Below are positions 11,576 through 24,752 of a DNA stretch of 64,000 nt, in pieces. Where the stretch lies: contig NC_087449.1 of assembly GCF_036321535.1 (NCBI RefSeq), forward strand, positions 23,932,001 through 23,996,000, read 5' to 3'. This DNA comes from Camelus dromedarius. Taxonomy: Eukaryota. Under the pieces are notes generated by a model, which was given only the letters and a program-made list of their open reading frames with translations, was not told the origin of the DNA and made no database searches. Position 1 is the stretch's first letter. Every line of letters begins with the position of its first letter. A program made the position numbers and the translations under genes.

Positions 11576-12439
11576 CCTTCCTATTACCTCTTAGGGATCC
11601 TTTTGAGGGGGGGAAATGAAAATAGAGGAGGGAGGGGTTCCCCTGTAAAATCTGCCAAAAGCAACTGCTCACAGAAGCCTGCAGGATTCGGGCAAAAAGG
11701 GCAGGACATGAGGCTATCCTTGGCCGGGTGGGGTTTCGTAACAACTAACTCTGAGGCGACACAAAATCTTGATTTAAAAAGGAATTTCAACACCTGGTCC
11801 AAATTCTCACAATTAGTTGCCTGTCTAACAGTTTCAGGAGCACTGATCATTAACTTCTGTCCATTCAGGGGCTTCCAGCCACTGGCAGCTCAGCTCTCAG
11901 CCACTCCTCATGTGAACTTTCAGGCACTGCCCTCTGTGAAGGGCTATTCATCCCTTCCAGGCCCAACCCATTTTAAAGGAAAAGGTGCTGGAGTCACACA
12001 ATTATAATCAGATGAGCATGAACTTATCTTCCTGCCACTCTCTCTAATCTACATTCACCCAAGTTAAAACAAATTATGTATTAACCACAACCCCACAGTT
12101 TTGTATAGCTGGTTGGTTCTATAGCCTTTTGGCACTTTCCGTTTCACTTAAGGTCAGTCTCCAGACACAGGTCAGGTTTCTGACAGCCCACTGGCACCAA
12201 GAAGAAACTAGACAGTACCTGTGAGTCCTGAGTCCTGGTTGTTTTTTGTTTTTGTTTTGTATTTTTAGCAAACATAATGTATTTTTCTAACTATCATTTA
12301 TAGTTATGTTCCTACAGAGAAGTTATTTCCTAAAAGATTAAGTTTAAGTTTAGATTTCCTAGGCTAGGATATCAAGCCATTTGTAGTCCGGCATTACTTC
12401 CCAAAATACCCTCCATGGGCCTCCCTGTACCCTTCTTCC

Positions 12440-12790
12440 AGTTAAATGACCTCCCAGCTCCTTCCCCAGGGGCACCACCTGTCTCACACCTCTGTGCCTT
12501 GGCACATACTAACCCCTCCACCTGGTCTGTCCTCTTCTCTTTTTCCTGTAATCACCATCAAGACCCTTCAACAACCAGCTCAAATTCCATCTTTTCTATG
12601 ATGTCCTCAAGACAATTAACCAGTCCATCTCCAAACCCACAATACTTTATACCATTTATTGTGCTACATTACATTACTGAGAGTACATGTGTGTGTCCCC
12701 ATCTCACTTTTGAGTTCTTTAAAGGCTGGAACTGTGTCTTTTCATATTCAGAATTCAGCACTGGTTTTGGACAGACGGTTAAGTAAAGAA
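12440..12790 (+). mobile_element. L2 LINE 3' region
   Basis: ctgtgccttggcacatact...cagctcaaattccatcttttct...gagttctttaaaggctggaactgtgtctttt. Confidence 0.6.
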
Positions 12791-14354
12791 ACGAAGCACA
12801 CCTTCTACTTCTACGTGATTTCCTAATGCACATTCGAGATTCAGGGCTAGACACCAGGACAGCAGCAACAAAAAGGAGAATAGAGAATGTTTCTGAAATA
12901 TCTATTGACTCCTCTGGCCACTTCCCAAGAAGCAACATTCTTCCACCAAATCAACGCAAAGGATTTGTGACCAAATCCATTCACCTGCTGATAATTTCCC
13001 AACACACCTATAAAATGCACATACACACTAAATTCTCAAAATGGGCTTCTCTTTTCTTAATTGAATACATTTTTTCTGAATAAATTTTTAATGTTTTTCC
13101 TCCCCCTACAAACACCTGGCTTTACACACCACTGAACCTGGGCAAGTTGCCTGCATCCAGCCTGTTTGTAGCGTTGGAATCCAAGGGTTGGTGGGTTAAA
13201 CCGCAGATGAGTTTTCTTTGTTTCCTGAAATTTCCCGTGGTAAGATGAGTTCGCCAGAATTGAACTCTGTGTACCTTCTATGTCAGAATCTAAGAGCACC
13301 TCCTTTGATCTTCTTACGTGCCTTGCTTTAAGAAAATCCAAAATCTAAAAAGCTAAATGTCCAATGTATTCTTGCCTTTGTAAAGGTACAGCATATGATT
13401 TTAGTTGACCAAGATTTTCTTACATAGGTATTTTCCGGATTCCATATGTACCTACCGCCTGAAGCAAAGGACACTCATGAGCAATTTTCTTTCCTTAGTT
13501 AAAAGGAGAAAAACTCACTTGATTAAAGTTGGCCCTTCCATGGTCCCCCTGCCCAGGAGTCAGCCTGCAAGTGGACTCAGGTTTTCTGAAGTGCCTGTCC
13601 TAGACACAGAGGAGGATGGTGCCTTAATTAAAGACATCTCTGAAACTCCCCATTCCCCACAGAGTAAAACAGACAATGCATATGTGACACACAGGAAGCT
13701 AATTCAAACACAATTTGGAAGCAGACCAGGTATTTGAGATCCACCATTTTGGAGTCTCTTTTACACTGAAATAGAGAAATTTCAGCTCCAGACACCTCCT
13801 GCTGCTCTGCCTGGAAAACTGTCTTGTTTTCCCCTTTGTTCCCAGTATGTATAGACATTCTATATATGGTCTTCATCACACTGTAGTCATCGGTTTGCCT
13901 CTCCATCTCCCTCTTGATGGCAAAGAGCTTATTTCTGGGTCCCTGGAACCCAGTTTGCCTGGTACACTGAAATGCTTAGAAGTAACTGCTGAACATTTCT
14001 TCACCTGCAGAATCTGGGATGGCCAAACCTTACCTGGGTCGGGCTATGGCCCTAAAGAAAGCATTTAAGACACTGAGTACAGCAGGTGGCCTCAGCATCA
14101 ATATCCCTTTGTAGTCAGTCCCAGACGGCCACAGATCAAGTTGTATGACAAGATGACTACATCTAGCCCCAGGGACCCTGCTGATAAGTACCTGTACTCT
14201 TTTGAAGACATCTTATCTTCCTAGAATCTGGTTCTTCTGGGGTAAGAACTATATCCTTTTTCGGCAATATGCAAATTAGGTGGCTTATATTTTTCTTTTA
14301 ATCAAAGAAAATTTTTGTAAGTCCTGTAATTCTCAACAGTGTAAGTCAAAGCTA

Positions 14355-14545
14355 ATTTTACATGTGACTGAGAGACATCATAGATGGGTTCACACACTTC
14401 TCCCCTTTCCTACCCTCTTTTTTGCCTCCTTCAACTATAGAGACTAGAAAACAAAACTCAAATTTACAGCTTCCTCTGCAGCCAGAGAGACACATCTCAC
14501 ACAGTTCTGACCAACGAAATGTAGGTGTAAGTCACCTGAGAGACT
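14355..14545 (+). mobile_element. MLT1-type MaLR LTR fragment
   Basis: ttcctctgcagccagagagacacatctcacacagttctgaccaacgaaatgtagg resembles old MLT1 LTRs. Confidence 0.45.
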
Positions 14546-14689
14546 TCCTCTCCCTATAAATGTGTGCACTGACTGCTGCTAAAACTGTAAGATAATAAGG
14601 TTAGGCAGATATTCATTCATCCACTCAACAGACATTTACTAAACACTGAATTACTGAATTAATTAGAATACAAACTATTAACTACTGAA

Positions 14690-15110
14690 TTAAAGTACAA
14701 ATTAGGCTTCTGTACCAAGAAGCCCAAAGTTACAAAAGCTTAAACAAGATAGAAGCTGGTCTCTCATATACACATTATTTTCAAGATAAAAAGTCCAGAT
14801 ACTCAGTCCAGGGCTAGGATGACAGCCCAGGGATGACGAGGACCCAGGATCCTTCCATCTCACTGCCCTGCCAGTCTGAAAGTGTCACCTTTATTCATAC
14901 AATCGAAGATGGCCCACATAGATTCCAGCCCAAGAAGGAGGAAAAAAGAGTAAGAGATGGCCTGCTCCTCTCCAAGAGCACAACTCAGAAGTTAAACATA
15001 TTACTTCTGTTCCTATTCCTTTGGCCAAAACCTGGTCACATGACCATACTCAGCTGCAAGGAAGGCCGGGAAATGTATCTAGAGAAAAATCTTATTACTA
15101 CAGAAGGAGG
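14690..15110 (-). mobile_element. MLT1 (J/K/L-like) MaLR LTR
   Basis: gcttaaacaagatagaag...aggacccaggatccttccatc...ttggccaaaacctggtcacatgaccatactcagctgcaaggaaggccgggaaatgta. Confidence 0.7.
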
Positions 15111-16849
15111 AGGAGGAGGAGGGAGGGAGGGAGCAAGAAGGAGAGGAAGAGAACAATAACAACAAATTGGGAGGAACAAGCAGCAGCCTCTGCCACACTT
15201 CTATACACCAGGCTCTGAGCTGGGTACTGGAGACAGAAATGAATAAATCTTAGTCTTTCTCCTCAAAGAGCTCAGAGTCATTACTACAAACTGGAAAGTG
15301 TCCATGCACCTTCGTATCACCAGAGACCAGCTAGGAGCCCTGCTCTCGGTGGATGTTTAGCAACTATGTGTGGATGTCAATCAGTAGGAACAGTAAATAT
15401 TCTTACCCAGGACCAATATGATCTGGGACTTGGGAAACAGCTGTGACCTGGCATCATCCCTGCCGTCAGGAGTGTCCAGTCTAGTTAAGGAGACAAGAGG
15501 GCACAAATGCATGGAAAGATGACGCAGTAAGGAATTGCAAAGCCCAGTGCCAGATAAGGAAATGCTCCCTGAAGCCTAGGAGAACCAGAAATGGCTCTGG
15601 AGGAAGAAGAATGACATCAGTTGACCCATGCCCTCAAGACAGATCTTGAATGGGATGTTGGCTTAGGTGAAAGCAGAGTAACTAGAGGACTGATACTGGC
15701 ATCAGCTCAGCACATGGGAAAGCCCTGCAAAGCCCAGTTGGACAGAGGAAGATTTTGCCCTCTTCTTTCATCAGGGAGAAACTGTCCTAGATAATCCCAG
15801 CACACAGCTGCCACTCCCCCCAAGAGAGATAGGCACTGAATCTCCATATTCCAAACACAAGCCACCCCAACCCCCACCTTGTGCATCATTAATGATTTCA
15901 TGGTCCTAGTTAAAACAGCATTTCCCTAAAGCAATTTTCCCAGAAGTGGCAGAAGGGCAGAGATTAGCTGCAGGTTGCCATAGAGAGCCTCAGAAGACCA
16001 TCTGTGCTGGATGGTTACACTTTCACCTCCCTCAAGGTTATTTCTTAAGGTCATATGCTTTCAAAAGACCCTCCTAGTTTCAAGATTCTGCGAATATAAA
16101 TCGGAATCCTGAGAGCTGAAAATTCCTAGAATAAAAGTAAGGAACACCTTGATCAAATGAAGAAGAAATTATTTATGCAAAGGACCCAGAACAATGCCTG
16201 ACAAATAACAGTGCTTCAGTAAAGACTTGTTACTGTCATTTTTAGATTATTTATATTATTATTAGCTTGTTGTTTCTTTATCTGTATTCATACCCCACCT
16301 CAACCCAGAGAGAATCTGAAGTGGCTTAAGATACAACAAACAATATAATAACAAGCATTTTAAGTCTGAGCCCATAAAAATATCAGTAAGACAAGGAAAT
16401 AAAACTGGTGAAACACAGTACAAAGATGGGAAGGTCATAGTATTCTAAAATTCTAAAAGTTAAATTTTCTCTGAGCTTCTTTGAAGCCAAAGCAAAGAAA
16501 GAAAAACAATTATTTACGAAAGTTGTAATATATGAAAGGCACAAACAAGCTAACAACAAAACCCCCAAGAACTCAGTTCAAAGTTTTGGTGAGCCAAATA
16601 ACTAGTTTCAGGGTACTTTTCCCAGGTATGGAAAAGTTAAGAGAAAAAAAAAGACTTAAGGAAAAAGTTAAGAGAAAATCGGGGGCAGGAGAGGAGTCCC
16701 TGGATAATAAACTGAGGAATTACTGGACTAAACAAAGTCAAACAGATTTCTTTGTTGCAGGGCTTTGCAGAACTTTTCATATGTTCATTATAAGCCTCTG
16801 AAGAGTAGAACAATGTGTCTTACTTATACAGCCAAGGAGCATTTGTTTT

Positions 16850-16935
16850 TGTTTTTGTTTTATTTTACTTTTATTGACACATAGTTCATTTCCTATGTTG
16901 TGTTAATTTATGGTGTACAGCATAGTGATTCAGTT

Positions 16936-16974
<39 letters not shown>

Positions 16975-17560
16975 TATATTCTTTTAATACCCTTTTTCAT
17001 TATAGACTATTACAAGGTATCAAATATAGTTCCCTGTGCTGTACAGTAAGAACTTGTTGTTTATCTGTTTTATATATACTAGGTTTGTATCTACAAATCC
17101 TGAACTCCCAATTTATCCCTCCCCATCCCCTTTGTCCCCTGGTAACCATAAGTTTGTTTTCTATCTGTAAGTCTTTCTCTGTTTTGTAAATAANNNNNNN
17201 NNNNNNNNNNNNNNNNNNNNNNNNNNNNNNNNNNNNNNNNNNNNNNNNNNNNNNNNNNNNNNNNNNNNNNNNNNNNNNNNNNNNNNNNNNNNNNNNNNNN
17301 NNNNNNNNNNNNNNNNNNNNNNNNNNNNNNNNNNNNNNNNNNNNNNNNNNNNNNNNNNNNNNNNNNNNNNNNNNNNNNNNNNNNNNNNNTCATCGGTCAA
17401 TGGACATTTAGGTTGCTTGAATGTCTTGGCTATTGTATACAGTGCTGCTATGAACATTGGGGTGCATGTATCTTTTCGAATTAGAGTTCTCTTCAGATAT
17501 ATGCCCAGGAGTGGGATTGCTGGATCATAGGATAAGTCTATTTTCTGTTTTCTAAGGAAT
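16850..17560 (-). mobile_element. 5'-truncated L1 with TSD; contains a (TA)n run and an N gap
   Basis: Minus translation MFIAALYTIAKTFKQPKCPLTD plus an L1 3'UTR. TSD caaggagcatttgtttt (16833-16849) / caaggagcacttctttt (17561-17577). Confidence 0.92.
17194..17389. other. Assembly gap (196 N)
   Basis: N run. Confidence 0.99.
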
Positions 17561-17879
17561 CAAGGAGCACTTCTTTTAATGGAGCATCTTACATTTTGGG
17601 AAATGCCCCTATAGACGTATGAACAACCACCACTATAATTTTACTATTATAAGACAAGACAGACAACTACTCTTTACAAAAGATTATCTTTTCTGTCTTT
17701 TTTTAAAGAAACAAAAACAAGTATCCTCCCATCTCTCCTCTCTTAATTTGGCTTGGGAGTTTCATTCTAGGTAATGCCTTATTAGCAGTCATAAAAGACT
17801 GCAACATAGGGCAGTTTTGACTTGGCAATGGACTTTCCCCTTCCCTCTTTCTGTTATCCACACATTTCTGGAGGCAGGA

Positions 17880-17995
17880 ACAATCTGTATTCTCATCCCC
17901 ATTTTAAAAGGATGAAAAAACAAATCCCACAGAAACCAAGGTCATGCTTAGTCAATGAGGAGCTGTTCCTGGAGCACAGGCTTCCCAACTCTGGA
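17880..17995 (-). mobile_element. MIR fragment
   Basis: attctcatccccattttaaaaggatgaaaaaac...ccaaggtcatgc. Confidence 0.55.
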
Positions 17996-18649
17996 CTGCA
18001 ACCCTCTCCCTCGGGTCCTTCCCCTCCCTGATGAGGTGCTGCTTTTATCTCTTTGTGTGTCTGCAGGTGGGTGGCAATACTGCTGACTCCTTTCTGGCTC
18101 CGTTTGGGACCTTTTCTTTCATCTATTAATTAAATCATGTACTTTTCTTACAGGGGAGCAGAATCTTCAAAAGAGGAAAAAGAACCCTCCCTTTCAGAGC
18201 ATTCAGGGATTAAAGTTCATCTGGCTATGGGATGTTCACCAGGGACTAACCGCGTTACTGACAGGCAACTGCTGAAAGCTGGTGACACATTAATATGAAA
18301 ACGTGAAGAGCGAACCCAGCCGAGATGGGCAAGATTGTGGGCTGCCAAGGCAGTGTTTCCAACATTCCTGAGGTGAGGTCACCTCAGAGGACACTCGGGT
18401 TTAGGGGCCTGGGCAGAATGCCTTCAGATGAGCAGTCAGTGGTAGCACAGCAGTGACCCCGAGAGATGGCCGAAACAAGAGTGCCCTTGGGAGGGATCAA
18501 CATAGGGGCATCTCCTTACACAGGGAGAGTGTGCACGGAGGTGAGTCCAGCCCCAAGGGCACAGAAAAGGCAGTCCTGAGCAAAGGTCTGTGTGCTTCAT
18601 TTATTCAGCTTAACTAGGATTCTTCGCTTGATGTTCTGGGCAGGACGCT

Positions 18650-18950
18650 TTCCATATACCTTGGGGACACTGCAAGTTGGTTCCAGACTTCCGCAATAAA
18701 GTGGACATGGCAATAAAGCGAGTCACATGAATTTTTTGGTTTCCCAGGGCCTATAGAAGTTATAGTTACACTATACTGTAATCTGTGTGTGCAATATCAC
18801 ATAACAATGCACATACCTTAATTTAAAAATACTCCATTGCTAAAAATGTTAACCATCATCTGAGCCTTCAGCAAGTCATAGTTTTTTGCAATAATAACAT
18901 CGAAGATCACTGATCACAAGTCACTGTAGCAAATAAAAATAGAAAAGTTT
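18650..18950 (-). mobile_element. Internally deleted Tigger1 derivative (Tigger1a-like, TcMar); remainder probably in the N gap
   Basis: ggttccagacttccgcaataaagtggacatggcaataaagcgagtcacatgaattttttggtttccca matches one Tigger1 end. It is joined to aagatcactgatcaca...gaaaagttt from near the other end. Confidence 0.85.
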
Positions 18951-19128
18951 NNNNNNNNNNNNNNNNNNNNNNNNNNNNNNNNNNNNNNNNNNNNNNNNNN
19001 NNNNNNNNNNNNNNNNNNNNNNNNNNNNNNNNNNNNNNNNNNNNNNNNNNNNNNNNNNNNNNNNNNNNNNNNNNNNNNNNNNNNNNNNNNNNNNNNNNNN
19101 NNNNNNNNNNNNNNNNNNNNNNNNNNNN
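18951..19128. other. Assembly gap (178 N)
   Basis: N run. Confidence 0.99.
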
Positions 19129-19134
19129 ACCAAA

Positions 19135-19845
19135 ATTTTTTTTATTTAAAATAATCACAGATTCAGAGGAAGTTGCAAAAATAGTAGAGAGGTCTCACGT
19201 CCCCTTCCCCCTGTTTCCCTAGTGGTGACATCCTACATAACTATAACATAAGAGAAAAATCAGGAAATCGACTTTGGTACATCCCCAGGCTTTACTCAGA
19301 TTTCGCCAGTTTTACTTGTGCTCATTTGTGTGTGTGCATGCATAGTCCACGCAGCTCATCACATGTAGATTTGTGTAACCACCATCATAATCAAGATACA
19401 GATCAAGGTCCTCATGGTACCATTGTATAGTCACAGTCATCCCCCTCCCGGTACCCTCCGCCCAGACCCTAACACCTGGCAGCTATTAGCCTGCTCTCCA
19501 TCCCTAGAATTCTGCTATTTTGAGAATGTTATATAAACATATTTTTTGAGATTAGTTTTTGTTCATTCAGCATAACTCCCTTGAGAGCTCTCCAAGTTGT
19601 TGTACGTAACAATCGTTCATTTCTTCCCACTGCTGAGTAGAGTTGCATGATATGGACGCGCCACACTTTCTTTAGCCATTCACCCGTTAAAGGATATTTT
19701 GATTGATGCCAAATTTTGACTCTTACAAATAATGCTGTTAGAAAACAATCATGTATAGGCCTTTCTGCGGACATAAGTTTTCCTATGTCAGGGGCAAAGG
19801 TACAGGAGTACAACTGGTGGGTCACAGGCGAAACCTTTTTTTCAA
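19135..19845 (-). mobile_element. Old L1 (L1MB/L1MC-type) 3' end
   Basis: aataatcacagattcagaggaagttgcaaaaatagtagagagg...ttagttttttgttcattcagcataac...tttttgactcttacaaataatgctg. Confidence 0.8.
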
Positions 19846-20085
19846 GAAATTTTTGATGGAGTTTTCTAAAAATATATATTTCACATGCTGCTCTGCCCTA
19901 TTAATTACAGTACAATGTAAATCATTTAATCTTATTTTTAATTACCTAGGGCCATTATTACAAGCCACTGAAATCTATAGAACTATTTGCCTGAAAATTG
20001 AATGGCCCCAAAGTATTAGCTGTTTTGATCTCAAAGCACTCCCATTCCTGCATCTGTTACCATTATTTTCCTCAAGGTTTAGAGG

Positions 20086-20384
20086 TGTGCTGCTTACATG
20101 TGTGGCTACAGAGCACCTGAAATGCAGAAAATCCAAATTGAGCTGTGCTGTATACGTAAAATACACACCTGATTTTGAAGACTTAGTACAAAAAGAGGAA
20201 TGTGAAATATCTCATTGGTAATTTTCATACTGATTACATATTGAAATGATTTGGGACTTATTGGGTTAAAGAAGACACACTATAAAATTAATTTCATTTG
20301 TTTCTTCTTACTTTTTAAATGCAGCTACTACAAAACTTTAAATTACATATGTGGCTTGCATTATAATTTTACTGGACAGCACTG
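20086..20384 (-). mobile_element. MER33-like hAT-Charlie element
   Basis: aaaatacacacctgattttgaagacttagtacaaaaag...aattacatatgtggcttgcattataattttactggacagcactg. Confidence 0.85.
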
Positions 20385-20629
20385 GTCCAGATGGATTTTA
20401 TTTGTCTGTTTATTTGCTTCTACCAAGGTTGCTAGAGGTGACTATTGTTCAACATTGCAATACATGGTATGTTACCATTACTGACAGGTCCTATAGTGTG
20501 AACATAATGCTCTAAGATAGTGATAATTATCTGAATAAAGCCCAAGTCTTATCATTGCTTTCAAAACTGCAATAAAAAGAGGCAAAAGAAAAGAATAGAT
20601 AGAGATCCAGCATACAACTCCAGAAAAAA

Positions 20630-20810
20630 ATCAGAATTCTATTCCCAACTCATCCTCAATGAAATGATTTCCCCACATTCACACAATTTAACTTGTATGA
20701 ACCTCCATTTTCTCACCTCTAAATTCTTGCCTTGCCTATTTTACAAGAGTGTTGTGAAAATTAAATGGATTATCCATATGGAAGTGCTTTGATAGTTGTA
20801 AAGTAACACA
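20630..20810 (+). mobile_element. MIR SINE
   Basis: ctccattttctcacctctaaa...gtgttgtgaaaattaaatggattatccatatggaagtgc. Confidence 0.55.
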
Positions 20811-22167
20811 CACATAAACAGAAATGCAGAAGTTTTTGGAACCAACCCCACATGACTGACTCACTATGTTAGTCAGTAAGTACTCTCCGTCCCTTCTATG
20901 AAGCACCTGCCCGCGGTCCACGGGCGTTCCTGAGTAAGCCACCCACTCTCTGACCACCTCTTGAGTTTTACTCTAACAAGAATCAACAGAGTTTGGTTCC
21001 TAAAGCTCATTACACAGTTTTGTTTTGTTTTGTTTTAGTAATCATGACTTCATACAGAATGCAAATTGGTAAGTCTTGTGACTATGAAAGGAGAGTTATT
21101 ACTTTTATGAAGACTAAGTCCAATTCTTTAGAAAGGTAAAATAAAAATAACTCCCTCTTTGAAAAATACCACTGTATTAACTGAAAGAAGATAAGGATAA
21201 AAAGTTGGGAAGGGGGTAAATATCTACAAGAATTCCCCATTTGGATTTACACGTGCCTTTGAATTTCTAATCCACGTTAGAGAAACCCAAACTGGATGTC
21301 ATAGAAGTATTAGCAGTAACACGTGGACACAAAAGAAGACAGGGCCTCCAAACATCAGACCCAAGCTCAAAGGAGAAGCCTTGGCCCTAAACCATGAGAC
21401 TAAATAAATGGGCATCTAGGCATTAAGGTTAAATAAAACGTTTGCTTTGTACTTCTTCCCTATTTCTTCACTCTTTGTGTTAACTGACCTTTTTCATTAA
21501 CTGTCTTAACTAGTGCTGGATAAGACGACTTCTGCTTAATCATTATCATCAAAACAAAAGGGGGAAGGAAACTCAAAAGGAAAATGTAAGGGACTAAAGT
21601 CATATTTTAAAAATAAATGATGGCCATAAATAAAGCTACATAACACATGCCCACGTCAAGAGCAGAAAATATAAAAAACAGGTTAAATAAAGAGGGAGAG
21701 TTCAGAGCTACAGATTCTTCAAGGCCACTCATTAACTCATACAAAAGACATAAAGTTAATGCAAAATTACAACATTTTAGTAATGACTGCACAGCAATTC
21801 TCCCATCATAATAAATAGTTGAATAGTCTGTATTAGGGTTCTGATAAAATAATCTGATAAAAATATATTTAAAAAATCAGACAAAAATGGTATCAGCAAT
21901 AAGTAATATTTACTAAGTTCCTACCATATGCTAAGAGCAATCCATTATTTCATTAATAAACACGTGCACACAAAACCAGTAAAGCACACAACATATACAT
22001 ATTATTGATGAAAAAAATCTAAGATTAAAAAGGGTCAAGTAATAATACCTCTGTGGTGGTAATTCTGGGATTGAAGGCAGTTCTGGGATCAAGGCTCAAG
22101 CTACAACCTAGAATCACAAAAGTCCAGACATCAAACCTCAAGAATGAGAAAGACTTTTTCATGAGAG

Positions 22168-22345
22168 CAGCACTTCTCAAACACTGATGTGCACAGAAAT
22201 CAGATGGGAGTCCGGTAAAATGCAGAGTCTGATTTAATAAGAGTTGGTGGTGGGGGAGGTGGTGTCTGAGATTCTGCATTTCTAACAAGTCCCAGGGGAT
22301 GCTGATGCTGCTGGTCCCCAGACCACACTCTGAGTCACACCGTCC
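22168..22345 (-). mobile_element. MER5A hAT-Charlie MITE
   Basis: gattctgcatttctaacaagtcccaggggatgctgatgctgctggtccccagaccacactctgag. Confidence 0.9.
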
Positions 22346-23799
22346 TGTCCTAGAGCAACATCCACTCATTGTCCTTCTCAGAGGGCCCACTTCCCTCCAG
22401 GTGGCAGAGGTCATTCAGAACATCACTGCCCTCTCTGCCTCCCTAAATCCGGGTCCTCGCCAGCTTCTTACACCCAGATCAGGGCCGACCCTGCAGGATG
22501 CTGTGTGGGTAAAAGCTCCAGGCAGCCCATTTATCAAGGGCCAGGGCCAGGAGCACCAAGAAGAACAAGAAAAAAGACCCACACCTCTTGGGCCTTTTAA
22601 CCTCGAATTCAGAACATACTCCTGGAAAATATGCCATTATAATAAGTTCACAAACAAGTGGTAATTTCACAGGTGACAGAATAAAACAGTTAAGAAGTTG
22701 ACAGTGTCATTGGAATATCTTAAAGGAGTTAACGCCTTTTGAATTTTCAACATCCCCAAGGAGAAACACTGAAGCAAAAACAGACCCAGAAGAACCCTGA
22801 GACCTAGTACTCCTAATGTCAAACCTTCTTACCTGTTGGCACAGCATCCCAGTCTTCGAGCCTGGCTGCCTGCCCAGCTAGGCTGAGGAAAGGACAATAT
22901 TCACCATCCTGCCTTCATTACAAGGGGAAATGTTAGCCTCTGCTTTTAATTAAACATTTTATACTGATTTTCTTCTTTGACCATAAAAGATACCCAACTG
23001 CATAGCTTCTAAGTGACCCACTCAGATCTAATAAACAATGTCTTTCCAGTAAAAAGAAGGCTCCCACTGTCTCCCTTGTCTGCCATAAATTTGAGCTTTC
23101 CAGTACTCATTGATTTGACAAATAACTAATGCGTATTTCTTTGAGTTGTGCCAGGCTCAACGTACTGAGCCCTTGAAGATATAAAGGCGAATTAAACACC
23201 ACTCCTCCCTAACCAGAGTGCACAGTTCAGAAGGGGAGACAAATATGTAAACAAACAACCCCAACAGAGAGCGACAGTGGCTGTTTAAAAAAAACAGAAA
23301 CAAAAACAGGAGAGGAAGGATGGGTGTTTTTACCTCCTCCTGATTCAAATGCAAAATCATAATCCATTTCCAACTGGAATGCGCTAAGAGGTATAAACAT
23401 ATGGAAAACAAGCAAAGTGACAGAACATTCCTGAAATACATTGCAGCTAGCAATCAACAACCACACACACACTGTGTGCCCAGCACTCTCCTGGGCACTG
23501 GGAGAGATGACACAGAATTCCACCGCCAAGGAGTTCCCAGTCCCCTTGGGAAACAAGATACAGAACAAGTAAAGACAACAACCACAACAAGCATTCTAGA
23601 AGTTTTTAAAACACTAATGGGGGAAGTTAGGCAGTGTAGACTGTAGCTGGATTATACAGAGCTTTGACCCTCGATGGCCATGGCAATAGGGAGCCACAGA
23701 AGATTTTTTTGAGGATAAGAAATGACATGATGAAAGCTGTTTGTGTATCATTTATATATCATATATAAATATATACAATCTTAAAATTTTATAATTTAA

Positions 23800-24010
23800 T
23801 AATAAGAAAAACTACTCTTTACTGACCATCTATTATGTGCCAGTCACTATTCCTCCTGGGGCTTTACATGTATTATCTCTAAACTTCCTAAGAGCCCTTC
23901 AAGGTAGACATGATCATCTCCTTTCTAGAGATGAGGCAACTGAGACTTAGAAACAGTAAGTGTGTCTAAGGTCATGTGGCTAATAAGCAATGGATCTGGG
24001 AAAGTTCATC
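23800..24010 (-). mobile_element. MIR SINE
   Basis: tattatgtgccagtcact...ctagagatgaggcaactgagacttag...taaggtcatgtggctaataag. Confidence 0.75.
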
Positions 24011-24427
24011 CTGCTAGTTGGATTAATACAAGGAAGCGATTACCGGCAGGGAAATTAGTGTAAGCCCTCTGGATCATCCAGATAGGAGTTACGGTGATGA
24101 CATTGAATATAGAAAAGTTTATAACGTAACCCACATGGAGAGCTTCATCTACTGTTTCAAAGTCATCTACTGATGGTGCGCTGCATGGCAGCAATAACGT
24201 GAACAACCACAAAATGTTAGGACCTACTACAGGCTGGGTACTATGTGTGATTAGGGCTAGGGATGCAAAGAAGATATGTAGAGAGCTTAGTTACTAGTCT
24301 ACAATCACGGGCAAAGTGATGGGACAGGAGATATCTGCCCCACCCTCCTTCCTGTCTTTGGCAGCTGACCACAGGCTGCACAGCTCAAGCCCACACACAA
24401 TCCTGGACGCCACCACAAGGGGTCAGT

Positions 24428-24510
24428 CCTCCCCCTCCTCCTCCTCCTCCTCCCTCTCCTCCTCTTCTGCCTCCTCCTTTTCCTCTTCTTCCTCCCCCTC
24501 CTCTTTCCCC
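24428..24510. repeat. Imperfect (CCT)n polypyrimidine tract
   Basis: tcctccccctcctcctcctcctcctccctctcctcctcttc...; about 80 nt almost entirely C/T. Confidence 0.9.
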
Positions 24511-24577
24511 AAAAGGCTGCAGTCCCCACTGACTTGCTTCTCAGGGGCTCTCGGTCCTGATTCTGAATTATTCTAAC

Positions 24578-24752
24578 CAAGATCCACTACATAATTTGCA
24601 AGGCCCAGTACAAAATAGAATACCAGGTCCCCTTGTCCAAAATAGTATTAAGAATTTCAGGACGGCAACAGCACAGCATTAAACCCACCACAGAGGCAGG
24701 GGGCAGTGTCCTGTTCAGCTGCGCAGGTTGCACACCCATGAAGCCGATCCTG
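24578..24752 (-). mobile_element. MER91A-like hAT-Tip100 MITE with 8-bp TSD
   Basis: tacataatttgcaaggcccagtacaaaat...ttaagaatttcaggacggcaacagcacagcattaaacc...cacacccatgaagccgatcctg. TSD attctaac (24570-24577) / attcaaac (24753-24760). Confidence 0.85.

Noticed and set aside
18368-18387. Inverted repeat ctgaggtga-gg-tcacctcag
   Set aside because: About one 9-bp inverted repeat with a short spacer is expected by chance in 64 kb.
19751-20221. 156-aa plus-strand ORF, and similarly 39957-40355 (132 aa)
   Set aside because: No recognisable homology. The first overlaps L1 and MER33 remnants; lengths are compatible with chance.
24305-24580. Arg/Lys-rich 91-aa ORF resembling a protamine or NLS-like peptide
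   Set aside because: It is the translation of the (CCT)n tract.
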